NCBI GenBank assembly: GCA_945870825.1
Contig: CAMBTM010000005.1
Location: forward strand, 33 to 64,032
Length of the DNA stretch: 64,000 nt
Reading direction: 5' to 3'
DNA from: Rhizobium sp. Q54
GTDB lineage: Bacteria > Pseudomonadota > Alphaproteobacteria > UBA7879 > VGCX01
The notes beneath the pieces were generated by a model. That model had not been told where the DNA came from and did not search any database. It worked only from the letters and a program-made list of their open reading frames with translations. Both the position numbers and the translations under genes were made by a program. Positions 28,704 through 37,988 of this stretch are shown one piece after another (positions within the stretch are counted from its first letter, which is position 1; each line of letters begins with the position of its first letter).

Positions 28704-30026
28704 ATGACAAAACGGAACATGATAAGCACGCTTCTTGGCAGTGTCATTGGAACAGCATTAGAATTTTATGGATTTATGCTCTTTGCTGTTTTCATGGAAA
28801 CCATCGGCAAAGAATTCTTTCCAACCCATAATGAAATGCAAGCTATTATGTTTGGAAGCCTTGCCGTCTTAGCCGCTTTTATCGGCAGACCCTTTGGGGC
28901 AACCCTTTTTGGATACATCGGTGACAATTACGGGCGCCGGATTGCCTTGATTCTTTCCATTTCGCTCATGGGAATCCCAACTCTTATTATCGGTATTTTA
29001 CCAGGATATGAATCCTGGGGAATCGCAGCGCCCATTATTTTGATCATCTGTCGTGTAGTCCAAGGGCTTTGCACAGGGGGAGAATACAATGGATCAGCAA
29101 TTTTTGCCCTAGAGCATATTGGCAAAAACTATCCTGGCATGTTCGGTGGCCTTATTACAGCCGCAAGCGTTCTTGGGGCCCTTTTGGCAAATTCTATCGG
29201 TATTTACCTCAAACAACCTGGTATGCCTGACTGGGGATGGCGTGCTGCCTTTGCTTTCGGCGTTATTGTCAGCCTTGTTGGTCTTTGGATTCGCCTTCAA
29301 ACCTCTGAAAGTCCAGAGTTCGAAAAACTCAAAAAGAATAAGAAAATTGAAAAGTCACCCCTTTTCAGTGCCGTTCGCAACCACTGGCCGTCTTCGATTA
29401 CAACCATTATTACAGGGACCCTGAATGGTATCCTAGCCTATACCCTATATAAATTTTTGGCCGTTTATTTGGTGCGTTGGTTTGGATATTCAGAAACAGA
29501 AGTCCTGAAGCTTGCTAACTTTGGTATTGTTATCTACATTTTTTCTGCTCCCATCATGGGGTACATCATGGATAAAACCGGCACAGAAACCTATATGAAA
29601 CGTGCCTGTATTTTCATCTGTTTTGCGGCGATTCCTATGTTTTACCTCTTCCAGCTCCCAAGCCTTGCCACAACCTATATGGCAGAAGCCTTGCTAGCGA
29701 TTACAGTTGCAAGTATCGCAGGCCCCGAACACGCCTTTATCCAACGTCTCTTTCCCGTCAAAGATCGTTATAGCGGCGTTGCCTTTAACTATTGTATTGG
29801 CATGGGAATCGGTGGTGGTATTATGCCTTGGGTTCTTCTTTATCTTGTGGACACAGTCTATGCCTTAGACTGCCCCAGCCTTCCCTTCGATATTAAAACC
29901 CTGGCGTTTTATATCCCAAGCCTTGCTATTATTGCAACAAGCATCGTGAGCTGGATCGCGATCCGCCACATCAGCCGGACATACCTTGCCATTCAAAAGG
30001 AAGATGAAGCCGACTTGGGGGAATGA
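28704..30026 (+). CDS. MFS metabolite:H+ symporter (MHS family, ProP/KgtP-like)
   Basis: LEFYGFMLFAVF, GRPFGATLFGYIGDNYGRR, GLCTGGEYNGSAIFALEH motifs; 12 TM helices. Confidence 0.8.
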   Translation: MTKRNMISTLLGSVIGTALEFYGFMLFAVFMETIGKEFFPTHNEMQAIMFGSLAVLAAFIGRPFGATLFGYIGDNYGRRIALILSISLMGIPTLIIGILPGYESWGIAAPIILIICRVVQGLCTGGEYNGSAIFALEHIGKNYPGMFGGLITAASVLGALLANSIGIYLKQPGMPDWGWRAAFAFGVIVSLVGLWIRLQTSESPEFEKLKKNKKIEKSPLFSAVRNHWPSSITTIITGTLNGILAYTLYKFLAVYLVRWFGYSETEVLKLANFGIVIYIFSAPIMGYIMDKTGTETYMKRACIFICFAAIPMFYLFQLPSLATTYMAEALLAITVASIAGPEHAFIQRLFPVKDRYSGVAFNYCIGMGIGGGIMPWVLLYLVDTVYALDCPSLPFDIKTLAFYIPSLAIIATSIVSWIAIRHISRTYLAIQKEDEADLGE

Positions 30027-30041
30027 AGTCGTTTCAGGAAC

Positions 30042-30320
30042 TCAAAATAATCTTTTAAAAACAGCGTAAACGTTCTTATCGTTGCGCCTTCCGACCAAAA
30101 ATATGTCTACGATCTTTTGCGTTTCATTCGTCGCATAGATCACCCTGTATTCCCCAGAGTCACCCCTTTTATAAGGGGCATAACCCTGAAGATTTTTAGA
30201 ATCATGGGGAGAAGGATTCTCCCTGAGACTTTGTATTTTCTCAGTAATTTGTTTTTGATGTTTTAACGGGAGGGTTTTGATAAATTTTCCAACCCGTATC
30301 TCGAGTCTAATGTCATACAT
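30042..30320 (-). CDS. Type II toxin, RelE/ParE family
   Basis: 92 aa; GEYRVIYATNETQKIVDIFLVGRRNDKNVY matches the RelE/ParE core. Confidence 0.75.
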   Translation of the reverse strand: MYDIRLEIRVGKFIKTLPLKHQKQITEKIQSLRENPSPHDSKNLQGYAPYKRGDSGEYRVIYATNETQKIVDIFLVGRRNDKNVYAVFKRLF

Positions 30321-30338
30321 GATCTCCAGAGTTTCTCT

Positions 30339-30578
30339 TTATTTTTTTAAAATGTCTTCTAGAAAATTCTGACTTTCATCAACGGAAAGAAACTTTTGAT
30401 CTTTTTCAACTTCTTTCACTGCTTCGCCCCAGAAAAAATTTTCCAATTCTATAAAGCGATCATAAGAAATAAGTACGATGGAAGGACGACCCGATTTTTC
30501 AACAACAACAGGCACACGCAGTGCTTTTTCAAGATAGGTACCTGGTCTTTTATTGAGTTCTGTAGCAGAAATATTCAT
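30339..30578 (-). CDS. Type II antitoxin, Phd/YefM family
   Basis: 79 aa; the N-terminal ISATELNKRPGTYLEKALRVPVVVEKSGRPSIVLISYDRFIELE resembles the Phd/YefM fold; immediately upstream of the toxin. Confidence 0.75.
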   Translation of the reverse strand: MNISATELNKRPGTYLEKALRVPVVVEKSGRPSIVLISYDRFIELENFFWGEAVKEVEKDQKFLSVDESQNFLEDILKK

Positions 30579-30662
30579 GGCTTCACCTCTTTCTTGTTTT
30601 AGGTATAATACGTATTTTACCTAAAGTAAAGAGGGCCCTCTGTACAAATTAAACCGTTTCCC

Positions 30663-31304
30663 CTACCCCACCACCGTAATTTTCGCCAATAACAACCGGA
30701 TCGCAAGGCCGATCAAGATAACACCGGCAACGCGGTCAATAATATGGCGTTTACTGAGGAACCTTTCCCGCAAGATCTTGTTGGTTAAGAAAATTGCCGC
30801 AATGCTGTACCAAATCATGGATGAAAAAGACATGCTAAGCCCGTAACTGACACGCCACACCATCGGGGAAAGCTGCACACTTAAGAAAATGCTGAGGATA
30901 AACGTTGCCGCATGGGGATTCAAAAGCTCAGTAATATAGCCCATCCGGAAAGCGTGCCAAGAACTCATTCCTTTTGTTTCGTTGTGTCCAAGATCGATAT
31001 CTTTGGACAATTTTTGCCGTGACAAAAGGGCATTGACCCCAATGTAGGCGATATAGGCTGCACCACAGTATTTAATCAGATTAATAGCAAACTGAGATTT
31101 TGCAATTAACACACCAAGCCCAAACATGGCATAAGTTGCGTGCGTCAAAATCCCAAGACCCAATCCAATCGCCGTAATGACCCCCGACTTGCGGGTATTG
31201 GCCGCACTATTCCTGATAATCATCACGAAATCAGGCCCCGGCCCCACAAGCCCTGCCAAAAAGGGTCCCATCACAAAAATATATTCCGCCCAAAATGAAT
31301 GCAT
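30663..31304 (-). CDS. LysE/RhtB-family amino-acid exporter
   Basis: 213 aa with six TM helices; the N-terminal GPFLAGLVGPGPDFVMIIRNS pattern is typical of RhtB/LysE. Confidence 0.75.
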   Translation of the reverse strand: MHSFWAEYIFVMGPFLAGLVGPGPDFVMIIRNSAANTRKSGVITAIGLGLGILTHATYAMFGLGVLIAKSQFAINLIKYCGAAYIAYIGVNALLSRQKLSKDIDLGHNETKGMSSWHAFRMGYITELLNPHAATFILSIFLSVQLSPMVWRVSYGLSMSFSSMIWYSIAAIFLTNKILRERFLSKRHIIDRVAGVILIGLAIRLLLAKITVVG

Positions 31305-31389
31305 GGCTCAATTCCTTTCTTTACAAAATCTTCTCTTTATATAAAAAGTATAGGTGTGTAACAAGGACTTTAACAGAAAGATCCAAAAA

Positions 31390-32766
31390 ATGACCATTAT
31401 CACCCGTTTTGCCCCAAGCCCCACAGGATTCTTGCATATTGGATCGGCCAGAACGGCGCTTTTTAATTGGCTGTTTGCACGCCAAAATAACGGCATCTTT
31501 CACCTGCGGATTGAAGACACGGATTACGAGCGGTCCACCAAAGAGGCAATCGATGCTATTTTCGACAGTCTTCAATGGTTGGGCCTTGGATGGGATGGGG
31601 ATGTGGTTTTTCAATCCAAGAACTGTACCCGTCACCAAGAAGTAGGGCATGCGTTATTAAACCAAGGGAAAGCATACTATTGCACCTGTACCCCTGAGGA
31701 CCTTGCCGCTATGCGGGAAAAAGCCAAGATGGACGGAAAGCCTTTAAAATATAATGGTCATTGCCGGGATAAAAACCATATGGCAGGGGCTTTGCGGCTT
31801 CGGGTTCAAGACACAGGCAGCACCACCATCGAGGATATCATTCAAGGCACTGTTACGGTTTCTCATGCCCAGCTGGATGATATGGTCATGCTTCGAAGTG
31901 ACGGGACACCCACCTATATGCTGTCGGTCGTTGTGGATGATCATGATATGAAAATCACCCACATTGTGAGAGGTGACGATCACCTGACCAATGCCTTTCG
32001 CCAAACTCAGCTTTATAAAGCCATGGGCTGGGATATCCCCATTTTTGCCCATATCCCCTTGATTCATGGGCCAGACGGTGCCAAACTTTCAAAACGCCAC
32101 GGGGCGCTGGGGGCTGAGGAATATAAAAATATGGGATACCTGCCGGAAGCCATGCGGAATTATCTGCTGCGGTTAGGGTGGGGGTACGGTGATGAAGAAA
32201 TTATCCCGGATACCAAAGCCTTAGCGCTTTTTTCCTTGAATCGTATCGGAAAGTCCCCTGCCCGCTTTGATATTCAAAAGCTGGAGTCCTTGAACGCCCA
32301 CTACATGAAAGAAAAAGATGATAAAAGTTTGGTATCACTAATGATGCCCTTCATGGCGATCCAGCCCACAACAGAACAGCAAGTGTTACTGGAAAAAGGT
32401 ATGCGGGGGTTAAAACAAAGGGCACGTACTTTGGTGGAACTGGCCAAGAATGCCTTATTTTATATCCACCCCCTACCGCTCCCCATGGATGAAAAGGCCC
32501 AAAGCCTTGCAACGCCTGCGATGAAAAAACTAGCCGTGGATCTTTTAAGCATTTTAGAGCTTCTCGACGTATGGACAGAAGAAGGATTGGAGTCTAAACT
32601 GCGCACCGTTTCACAAGAGTGGGGGATTAACCTGGGAGCGTTGGCTCAGCCTTTGCGGTTAGCCTTGACAGGATCGACTATTTCCCCCAGTGTCTTTGAT
32701 ATTATGCATGTTTTAGGAAAAGACAAAAGCTTAGAACGAATAAGCTGTTTTGCGGAGAATTCTTAA
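31390..32766 (+). CDS. gltX: Glutamate--tRNA ligase
   Basis: ITRFAPSPTGFLHIGSARTALFNW (HIGH) and GAKLSKRHGA (KMSKS). Confidence 0.9.
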   Translation: MTIITRFAPSPTGFLHIGSARTALFNWLFARQNNGIFHLRIEDTDYERSTKEAIDAIFDSLQWLGLGWDGDVVFQSKNCTRHQEVGHALLNQGKAYYCTCTPEDLAAMREKAKMDGKPLKYNGHCRDKNHMAGALRLRVQDTGSTTIEDIIQGTVTVSHAQLDDMVMLRSDGTPTYMLSVVVDDHDMKITHIVRGDDHLTNAFRQTQLYKAMGWDIPIFAHIPLIHGPDGAKLSKRHGALGAEEYKNMGYLPEAMRNYLLRLGWGYGDEEIIPDTKALALFSLNRIGKSPARFDIQKLESLNAHYMKEKDDKSLVSLMMPFMAIQPTTEQQVLLEKGMRGLKQRARTLVELAKNALFYIHPLPLPMDEKAQSLATPAMKKLAVDLLSILELLDVWTEEGLESKLRTVSQEWGINLGALAQPLRLALTGSTISPSVFDIMHVLGKDKSLERISCFAENS

Positions 32767-32904
32767 ATGACCCCAGAAAAAGACGACGACCTCATGGCAG
32801 TCAATGACAACAAACGTCCCAAAGTCAAAGAGGCCAATAAGTTCTTCGGCTGGCTGTTGTTGGTTGGACTGTTGATGATCGGGATTTATTTGTCGTTTTA
32901 TTGA
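32767..32904 (+). CDS. Possible 45-aa small membrane protein (not in the ORF track)
   Basis: The ATG overlaps the gltX stop (TAATG); it encodes MTPEKDDDLMAVNDNKRPKVKEANKFFGWLLLVGLLMIGIYLSFY with one C-terminal TM helix; followed by a terminator. Confidence 0.3.
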   Translation: MTPEKDDDLMAVNDNKRPKVKEANKFFGWLLLVGLLMIGIYLSFY

Positions 32905-32913
32905 GAGTGTAAT

Positions 32914-32948
32914 AAAAAAAGGCAGAGAACGAATTCCCTGCCTTTTGA
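32914..32948. terminator. Rho-independent terminator-like hairpin between convergent genes
   Basis: aaaaaaaggcagagaacgaattccctgcctttt: stem ggcag/ctgcc flanked by an A-run and a T-run (bidirectional). Confidence 0.5.
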
Positions 32949-32969
32949 TATAATGCTATTGTGAAAATC

Positions 32970-34061
32970 CTATTCTTCTAAAATGGCTTTAGCAGCAGCA
33001 GCAGCGGCTTTAGTGGAAGCTGCAGATCTTATCTTACCCGCTATGATAGAAACGAATCTTCCCAAAGGGGCTAATGTCTTCTTAAAAATAGCATCGTTAT
33101 TCATATCCACCTGGCCATTCACAGACTGGATAAAATGGATGTACCGCTTGTGGGCATCAAAATCCAGGTGAATCCGCGCGTCGTAACCGTCGGCCATATA
33201 ATGCGGATGACCATATACCCCATACGGTTTGAACCCTGCAATAAAGGGATAACACTTCCCATCAAAGTTATTGACAAGATTGACTAATTTTTTTCGATTA
33301 TTGGCCAAATCTAAAGGATTCAAAGGATATATTTCGCAAGATTTCAGTTTTGCCTTTAATTTTTCATAGGCGTCCTCACAGGCTTTTTGGCGTACTGCTA
33401 AAGGATGCACACCGGGACCCCCTGCTGCCTCATGGTGAGGATGCGTTAATTGTTCCAACATATGAAACATATGGTAATAATTTCCATGGCTTATGATATG
33501 GCTATCTTCTGCCATAGTGATTACGTACCCAAAAAGACCTTTTTGTTTGTTTGAGAAAGCCTGAGCGCGTTTTTCTGCCGTATGATAAGCAGGCGGCTGC
33601 CAGTGATGATAAGGGTCCGCATCAATATTGGCATAACTGCCTTCTTGAAGATAACTGGTCACATCTGTAGGGCGGCCTATGAATGTTACTACAGGCCAAC
33701 TTGTTTCAATAGGTTGCGGTACAGATCCATCGGTGGGATAGGATCCTTCCCCGGGACGGGGGTAATGCCGAGAAACATAGGTAAAGGGGTCTGTTATTCG
33801 GGGAGTCCATGCGCATCCAGCACATTTGTTTTTATTAGTTTGTGTTGCAACAGATTGGGTTTCAGCCCTAGCTTTTACTTCCCCGTCCTCATCAGGAGAT
33901 ACAGCAGCCTTTTCAGACGCAGCAGCAGGAGATGCAGCAGGCTTTCTATCCGCAGTAGCCTTTCCAGGAGATGCAGGAACCCTTCTAGCCGCAGCCACAG
34001 CCACATCAGCTGTAACAACACCCACTGTCATCAAAGACATCGTCAAAAGAAATTTTTTCAT
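32970..34061 (-). CDS. Hypothetical secreted protein, Ala/Pro-rich low-complexity N-terminal region, His/Tyr/Cys-rich core
   Basis: Signal peptide MKKFLLTMSLMTVGVVTADVAVAAA; His-rich segments HGNYYHMFHMLEQLTHPHHE and YGVYGHPHYMADGYDARIHLDFDAHKRYIHF; several Cys; a C-terminal AAAAAAKA; no recognised family. Confidence 0.5.
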   Translation of the reverse strand: MKKFLLTMSLMTVGVVTADVAVAAARRVPASPGKATADRKPAASPAAASEKAAVSPDEDGEVKARAETQSVATQTNKNKCAGCAWTPRITDPFTYVSRHYPRPGEGSYPTDGSVPQPIETSWPVVTFIGRPTDVTSYLQEGSYANIDADPYHHWQPPAYHTAEKRAQAFSNKQKGLFGYVITMAEDSHIISHGNYYHMFHMLEQLTHPHHEAAGGPGVHPLAVRQKACEDAYEKLKAKLKSCEIYPLNPLDLANNRKKLVNLVNNFDGKCYPFIAGFKPYGVYGHPHYMADGYDARIHLDFDAHKRYIHFIQSVNGQVDMNNDAIFKKTLAPLGRFVSIIAGKIRSAASTKAAAAAAKAILEE

Positions 34062-34140
34062 TCATTAGCCTCCACGCTATATTTACAATTATTTCTTCCA
34101 GGATACCCCCCCCCTCAATCTCCTGTCAAATTGAAATTTA

Positions 34141-34602
34141 TTAAAACCTTAAGGATTCCAAAAACCCCTGCAAAATAAAAGAAGCCGCGGCTTTGTCTAT
34201 AGCATCTGCGCGTTTTTTCCGGGATACATCGAAGCTGAGCATCACATCGTCCATAGCTTTGGTGGAAAGGCGTTCATCCCAAAAAATAATGGGCATGTCG
34301 TGAAAAGATAAAAAATTCTGCACAAATTGCCGGGTTGATTGGCATCGGGGGCCTTCGCTGCCATCCATATTTAAAGGCCATCCCATGATCAACGCCTGAA
34401 CCTCGTACTCTTGGATAAATGCCACAATTTGACGCGCGTCAGGTTTAAATTTCACCCGTTGAATGGTCTTATAGGGTGTCGCGACCATCAGCCCCTTATC
34501 TGACAGGGCCAATCCAATGGTTTTTTCACCCAAATCCAACCCTATCAGACGCTTTTGGGGTTGCAATTGCTCTTTTAGCTGACTGGGCGTGATGAGAGGC
34601 AT
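34141..34602 (-). CDS. ruvX: Putative pre-16S rRNA nuclease / Holliday-junction resolvase-like YqgF
   Basis: RLIGLDLGEKTIGLALSD RNase H-like motif. Confidence 0.9.
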   Translation of the reverse strand: MPLITPSQLKEQLQPQKRLIGLDLGEKTIGLALSDKGLMVATPYKTIQRVKFKPDARQIVAFIQEYEVQALIMGWPLNMDGSEGPRCQSTRQFVQNFLSFHDMPIIFWDERLSTKAMDDVMLSFDVSRKKRADAIDKAAASFILQGFLESLRF

Positions 34603-35231
34603 GGAAGAAATTCTTTCATAAACATTTCTTGAAGAATGGCATCCACTGTTTGAAGATCAGTCGCAATGCCCAGGTCTTGAAATGATGTTACTCCATAGCC
34701 TTCAAGACCACAAGGCACGATGCCCTGGTAATGGTCCAAATTGGGAGCAATATTCAAACTGATGCCATGAAAGGTAATCCAGTGACGGATCCTAACCCCA
34801 ATCGCCGCGATCTTGCACTCCCCTTTGGTGGGATGATTGACCCAAATTCCAACCCGCCCAGGGGATCTAAATCCCTCTATGTTAAAAGGCTTTAAGCTTC
34901 GAATCAGCCACTCTTCCAATGACCACACAAAATGCCGCAAGTCCTGGCCTCTGTTTTTAATATTTAGCATAAGATAAATGACCCGTTGTCCAGGCCCATG
35001 ATACGTACTGCGACCGCCACGGTTTGTTTGAAAGGTGGGAATATTCCCTTTGTCTAATATATCTTGGATTTGGGCGCTTGTTCCCATCGTATAAATAGGT
35101 TCATGCTCCAAAAACCAGGCACATTCTTGGGCCTCTCCCTTATGCATCCTTGCCACGTGCTCCTCCATAAAGGCCGTGGCTTCTGGGTAAGAGACAGAGG
35201 TTGACGAATATTTCCAGAGGATGTCAGTCAT
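34575..35231 (-). CDS. lipB: Octanoyltransferase
   Basis: WFLEHEPIYTMGTSAQ, NRGGRSTYHGPGQ, and the catalytic region KIAAIGVRI. Confidence 0.85.
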   Translation of the reverse strand: MTDILWKYSSTSVSYPEATAFMEEHVARMHKGEAQECAWFLEHEPIYTMGTSAQIQDILDKGNIPTFQTNRGGRSTYHGPGQRVIYLMLNIKNRGQDLRHFVWSLEEWLIRSLKPFNIEGFRSPGRVGIWVNHPTKGECKIAAIGVRIRHWITFHGISLNIAPNLDHYQGIVPCGLEGYGVTSFQDLGIATDLQTVDAILQEMFMKEFLPCLSSRPVS

Positions 35232-37188
35232 GGGTAGTGAACAAAAAATCCAGGCACTTCACATAATCTCTGGCATAAAAAGGCCTGATATGGCCAGCAT
35301 CTTTATAAATAAATGTGCCATCATCGGTCGCAGACCGGCAATAGTCCCCTTGGCAAAAATCCCCTTCAGGATTAATGAGATGGGCACCAGTACGCTCAGC
35401 AATGCCTGTCAGAATGACTTTGGTCCCTTGAGAAGATTTTTGCCATTCCTTGAAAGATCCTGGCTGTGGGGGGAAAATCTCCCAATACCCTATAAAATTC
35501 CGCTTTACAAGCGACATAGGATTATACTCAAAAAGCCCATTGGGGGTTGGAAGCATGATATAGACTTTTTTGCCAGCCTTGACGAATTCCCCAACCATCT
35601 CTTCCAAAGCCTTCAGCGCATAGTCTTTGCCTATCTTGGTTTCAAGGCCATAACTTGTGCCGTTTTTTATAACATAATATTCCGGAGAAAGCACAGAAAA
35701 ATAAGAAATCCAAGATGCCCCTATAACAATTTCTTGCACATCATCTTCTAATGCGTACTGGCGAAAAGATTTCATCAGTTCAATATTGTTTGGATCCGAT
35801 AAACGACCAATCCCAGGAATAGGACACATGCCCCCATAGTTTGCAAAGACGACGGATTTTTCATCCATGCCCCTCATGCGATATACTTTTTTAATCCGCG
35901 GACGATATTGTTCCATATGGCTATCGCCCAAAAAAAGAATCGTTGTCTTGTTTTTAACAGGGGTTAGTCGATATAAAGGAACATCATCAATTTTAAAAGG
36001 TATGACATCATCAACAAGAATATCCCAATCGCCTACAGCAAGTACTATCTTCATAACTTCTGGGAATTTATAGAACACAAAGGCTTTCACCTTCTCATAG
36101 CGCACAAACGATGCCGCAGCCCCAAGGAGAAGCATCAGCCCTAAAAGAACGGCCGCTCCCCGTCTTGATTTATTAAGGCGAATAGGGGTTTCCACAAACT
36201 TATAAACTAAATAGGCGAGAACGCCTGCCAACCCAATCAATCCAATTTTGACGTTATTCGTCAACAACGCCGGCTGAATAACATGAGGGAAGCTAATGAG
36301 AGGATAGTGAAAGAGATAGAGGGGATAACTGATAAGACCGATAAACACCATCGGTCGGATAGAAAGAATCTTAAAGACAAATGTTTGTTTTGTATTAAGG
36401 ATAACAAAGAAAGCCCCAAGGATGGGCAGTACTGTTAGATAACGAAACAAGGGGTGTCGATAATCCAACAAAAACAGACTCCCTAAGATTAATAAAAATC
36501 CAAGGGAATTCAGCCATGATTTTTTAAGCCCCTCCCCTTTTTTCAAAAGCTCCAGATACGCCACAAGGGCACCGGCCCCAAGTTCCCATACGCGCGTCAA
36601 AGGCATATAAAAAGCAAGATTGGGTTTATACCCCATCAAAAGAATGTTTAACCCATAAGACGCCACAATGGACAGTATAATAAAAGCAATAATCCCTTTA
36701 TCTTGCCGTAGCTTCCAAAAACCCCATAACACCAGGGGCCAGACCACATAAAATTGTTCTTCCACAGAAAGGGACCACAAATGCATCAAGGGCTTATGGA
36801 GACCTGCACCATCAAAATAACCAATATCGCGATATAAAGCCAGATTCGTACAAAATAGTGACCCATAAGAGATATACCGCCCCATCTGTTTGAATTCGTC
36901 GGGCAAGAAAACAAACCAACTATAAATAAGGAAAATGCTGGATACGATCAAAAGCGCTGGAAAAATCCGTTTGATCCGTCTTACATAAAACTCCACAAGA
37001 CTGAATGTATTATCCCTTAACGACCCTGCAATAATTTTGGAAATGAGATATCCAGAAATGACAAAGAAAATATCCACACCCAAAAACCCCCCTGGCATAA
37101 ACGCCGGGAAGAAGTGATAGATAATGACAGCAATAATCGCAATCGCTCGAAGACCATCAATCTCTGGCCTGTATTTGGCATGAAGCAT
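35224..37188 (-). CDS. Acyltransferase-3 family membrane O-acyltransferase with a C-terminal SGNH-like domain (OafA/YrhL-like)
   Basis: IDGLRAIAIIAVIIYHFFPAFMPGGFLGVDIFFVISGYLISKII AT3 N-terminus; ~370 aa with 10 TM helices, then a ~280-aa soluble domain. Confidence 0.8.
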   Translation of the reverse strand: MLHAKYRPEIDGLRAIAIIAVIIYHFFPAFMPGGFLGVDIFFVISGYLISKIIAGSLRDNTFSLVEFYVRRIKRIFPALLIVSSIFLIYSWFVFLPDEFKQMGRYISYGSLFCTNLALYRDIGYFDGAGLHKPLMHLWSLSVEEQFYVVWPLVLWGFWKLRQDKGIIAFIILSIVASYGLNILLMGYKPNLAFYMPLTRVWELGAGALVAYLELLKKGEGLKKSWLNSLGFLLILGSLFLLDYRHPLFRYLTVLPILGAFFVILNTKQTFVFKILSIRPMVFIGLISYPLYLFHYPLISFPHVIQPALLTNNVKIGLIGLAGVLAYLVYKFVETPIRLNKSRRGAAVLLGLMLLLGAAASFVRYEKVKAFVFYKFPEVMKIVLAVGDWDILVDDVIPFKIDDVPLYRLTPVKNKTTILFLGDSHMEQYRPRIKKVYRMRGMDEKSVVFANYGGMCPIPGIGRLSDPNNIELMKSFRQYALEDDVQEIVIGASWISYFSVLSPEYYVIKNGTSYGLETKIGKDYALKALEEMVGEFVKAGKKVYIMLPTPNGLFEYNPMSLVKRNFIGYWEIFPPQPGSFKEWQKSSQGTKVILTGIAERTGAHLINPEGDFCQGDYCRSATDDGTFIYKDAGHIRPFYARDYVKCLDFLFTTHD

Positions 37189-37512
37189 ATGACAATATTC
37201 CCTTCATAAAAAAATTGAGAATTCCCATAAACGTCCTTGCTGTCAAGAGACAAGATTTTTTCCATAAAAAATCACTATAAAAATTCTTTCTTTTTCATTC
37301 TACTGAGGTTTTTTATTACTTACCCCATGTATTCATTGGTTTTTTCACGAGGTTATTCGCCAATAATCGCCCATCATTTACTTATTTTTTACTTAACGTT
37401 CCGTATTTTCCCGTTGACACCCATAAAATCCCATGGTATCCCATAAAGAGAGGATTGGATCCCAAGATCATCTATCCTCCTGCTGCACCAAAGCAATAAA
37501 ACGAGAGAATCA

Positions 37513-37977
37513 ATGGCATTGTTTTTGTCAACTTATGTGAATCGCATTGATAAAAAAGGACGGGTTTCTGTGCCTGCCCCCTTTCGTAATGCCTTGGGTG
37601 AAGATGCGCACAATGGCATTATCGCTTTTCGATCTTATCAATTGAATGCTATTGAAGGCATGAGCATGCAGCGCATGAAAGTGATTAGCGAGAGCGTTGA
37701 TAATCTGGATTTGTTTTCAGAGGATCAAGATGACTTTGCTGCCACCATTTTTGCAGATGCCCATCAGCTGAATTTTGACAGCGATGGCCGTATCATTTTA
37801 CCACAAGACCTATGCACCCACGCCAAGATTGACGACACAGTCGCTTTCGTTGGCCGTGGCACAACGTTCCAACTTTGGAATCCTGATGCTTTTGCAAAGC
37901 ATCAGCAAACAGCACGTCAACGCGTGCATGACAAAAGGGCCACCATTAAGCTCAAGACTTTCGAGTCTAAGGATTAA
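37513..37977 (+). CDS. mraZ: Transcriptional regulator MraZ
   Basis: MALFLSTYVNRIDKKGRVSVPAPFR duplicated DXXXR/MraZ motif. Confidence 0.9.
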   Translation: MALFLSTYVNRIDKKGRVSVPAPFRNALGEDAHNGIIAFRSYQLNAIEGMSMQRMKVISESVDNLDLFSEDQDDFAATIFADAHQLNFDSDGRIILPQDLCTHAKIDDTVAFVGRGTTFQLWNPDAFAKHQQTARQRVHDKRATIKLKTFESKD

Positions 37978-37988
37978 GCGGAGGGAAT

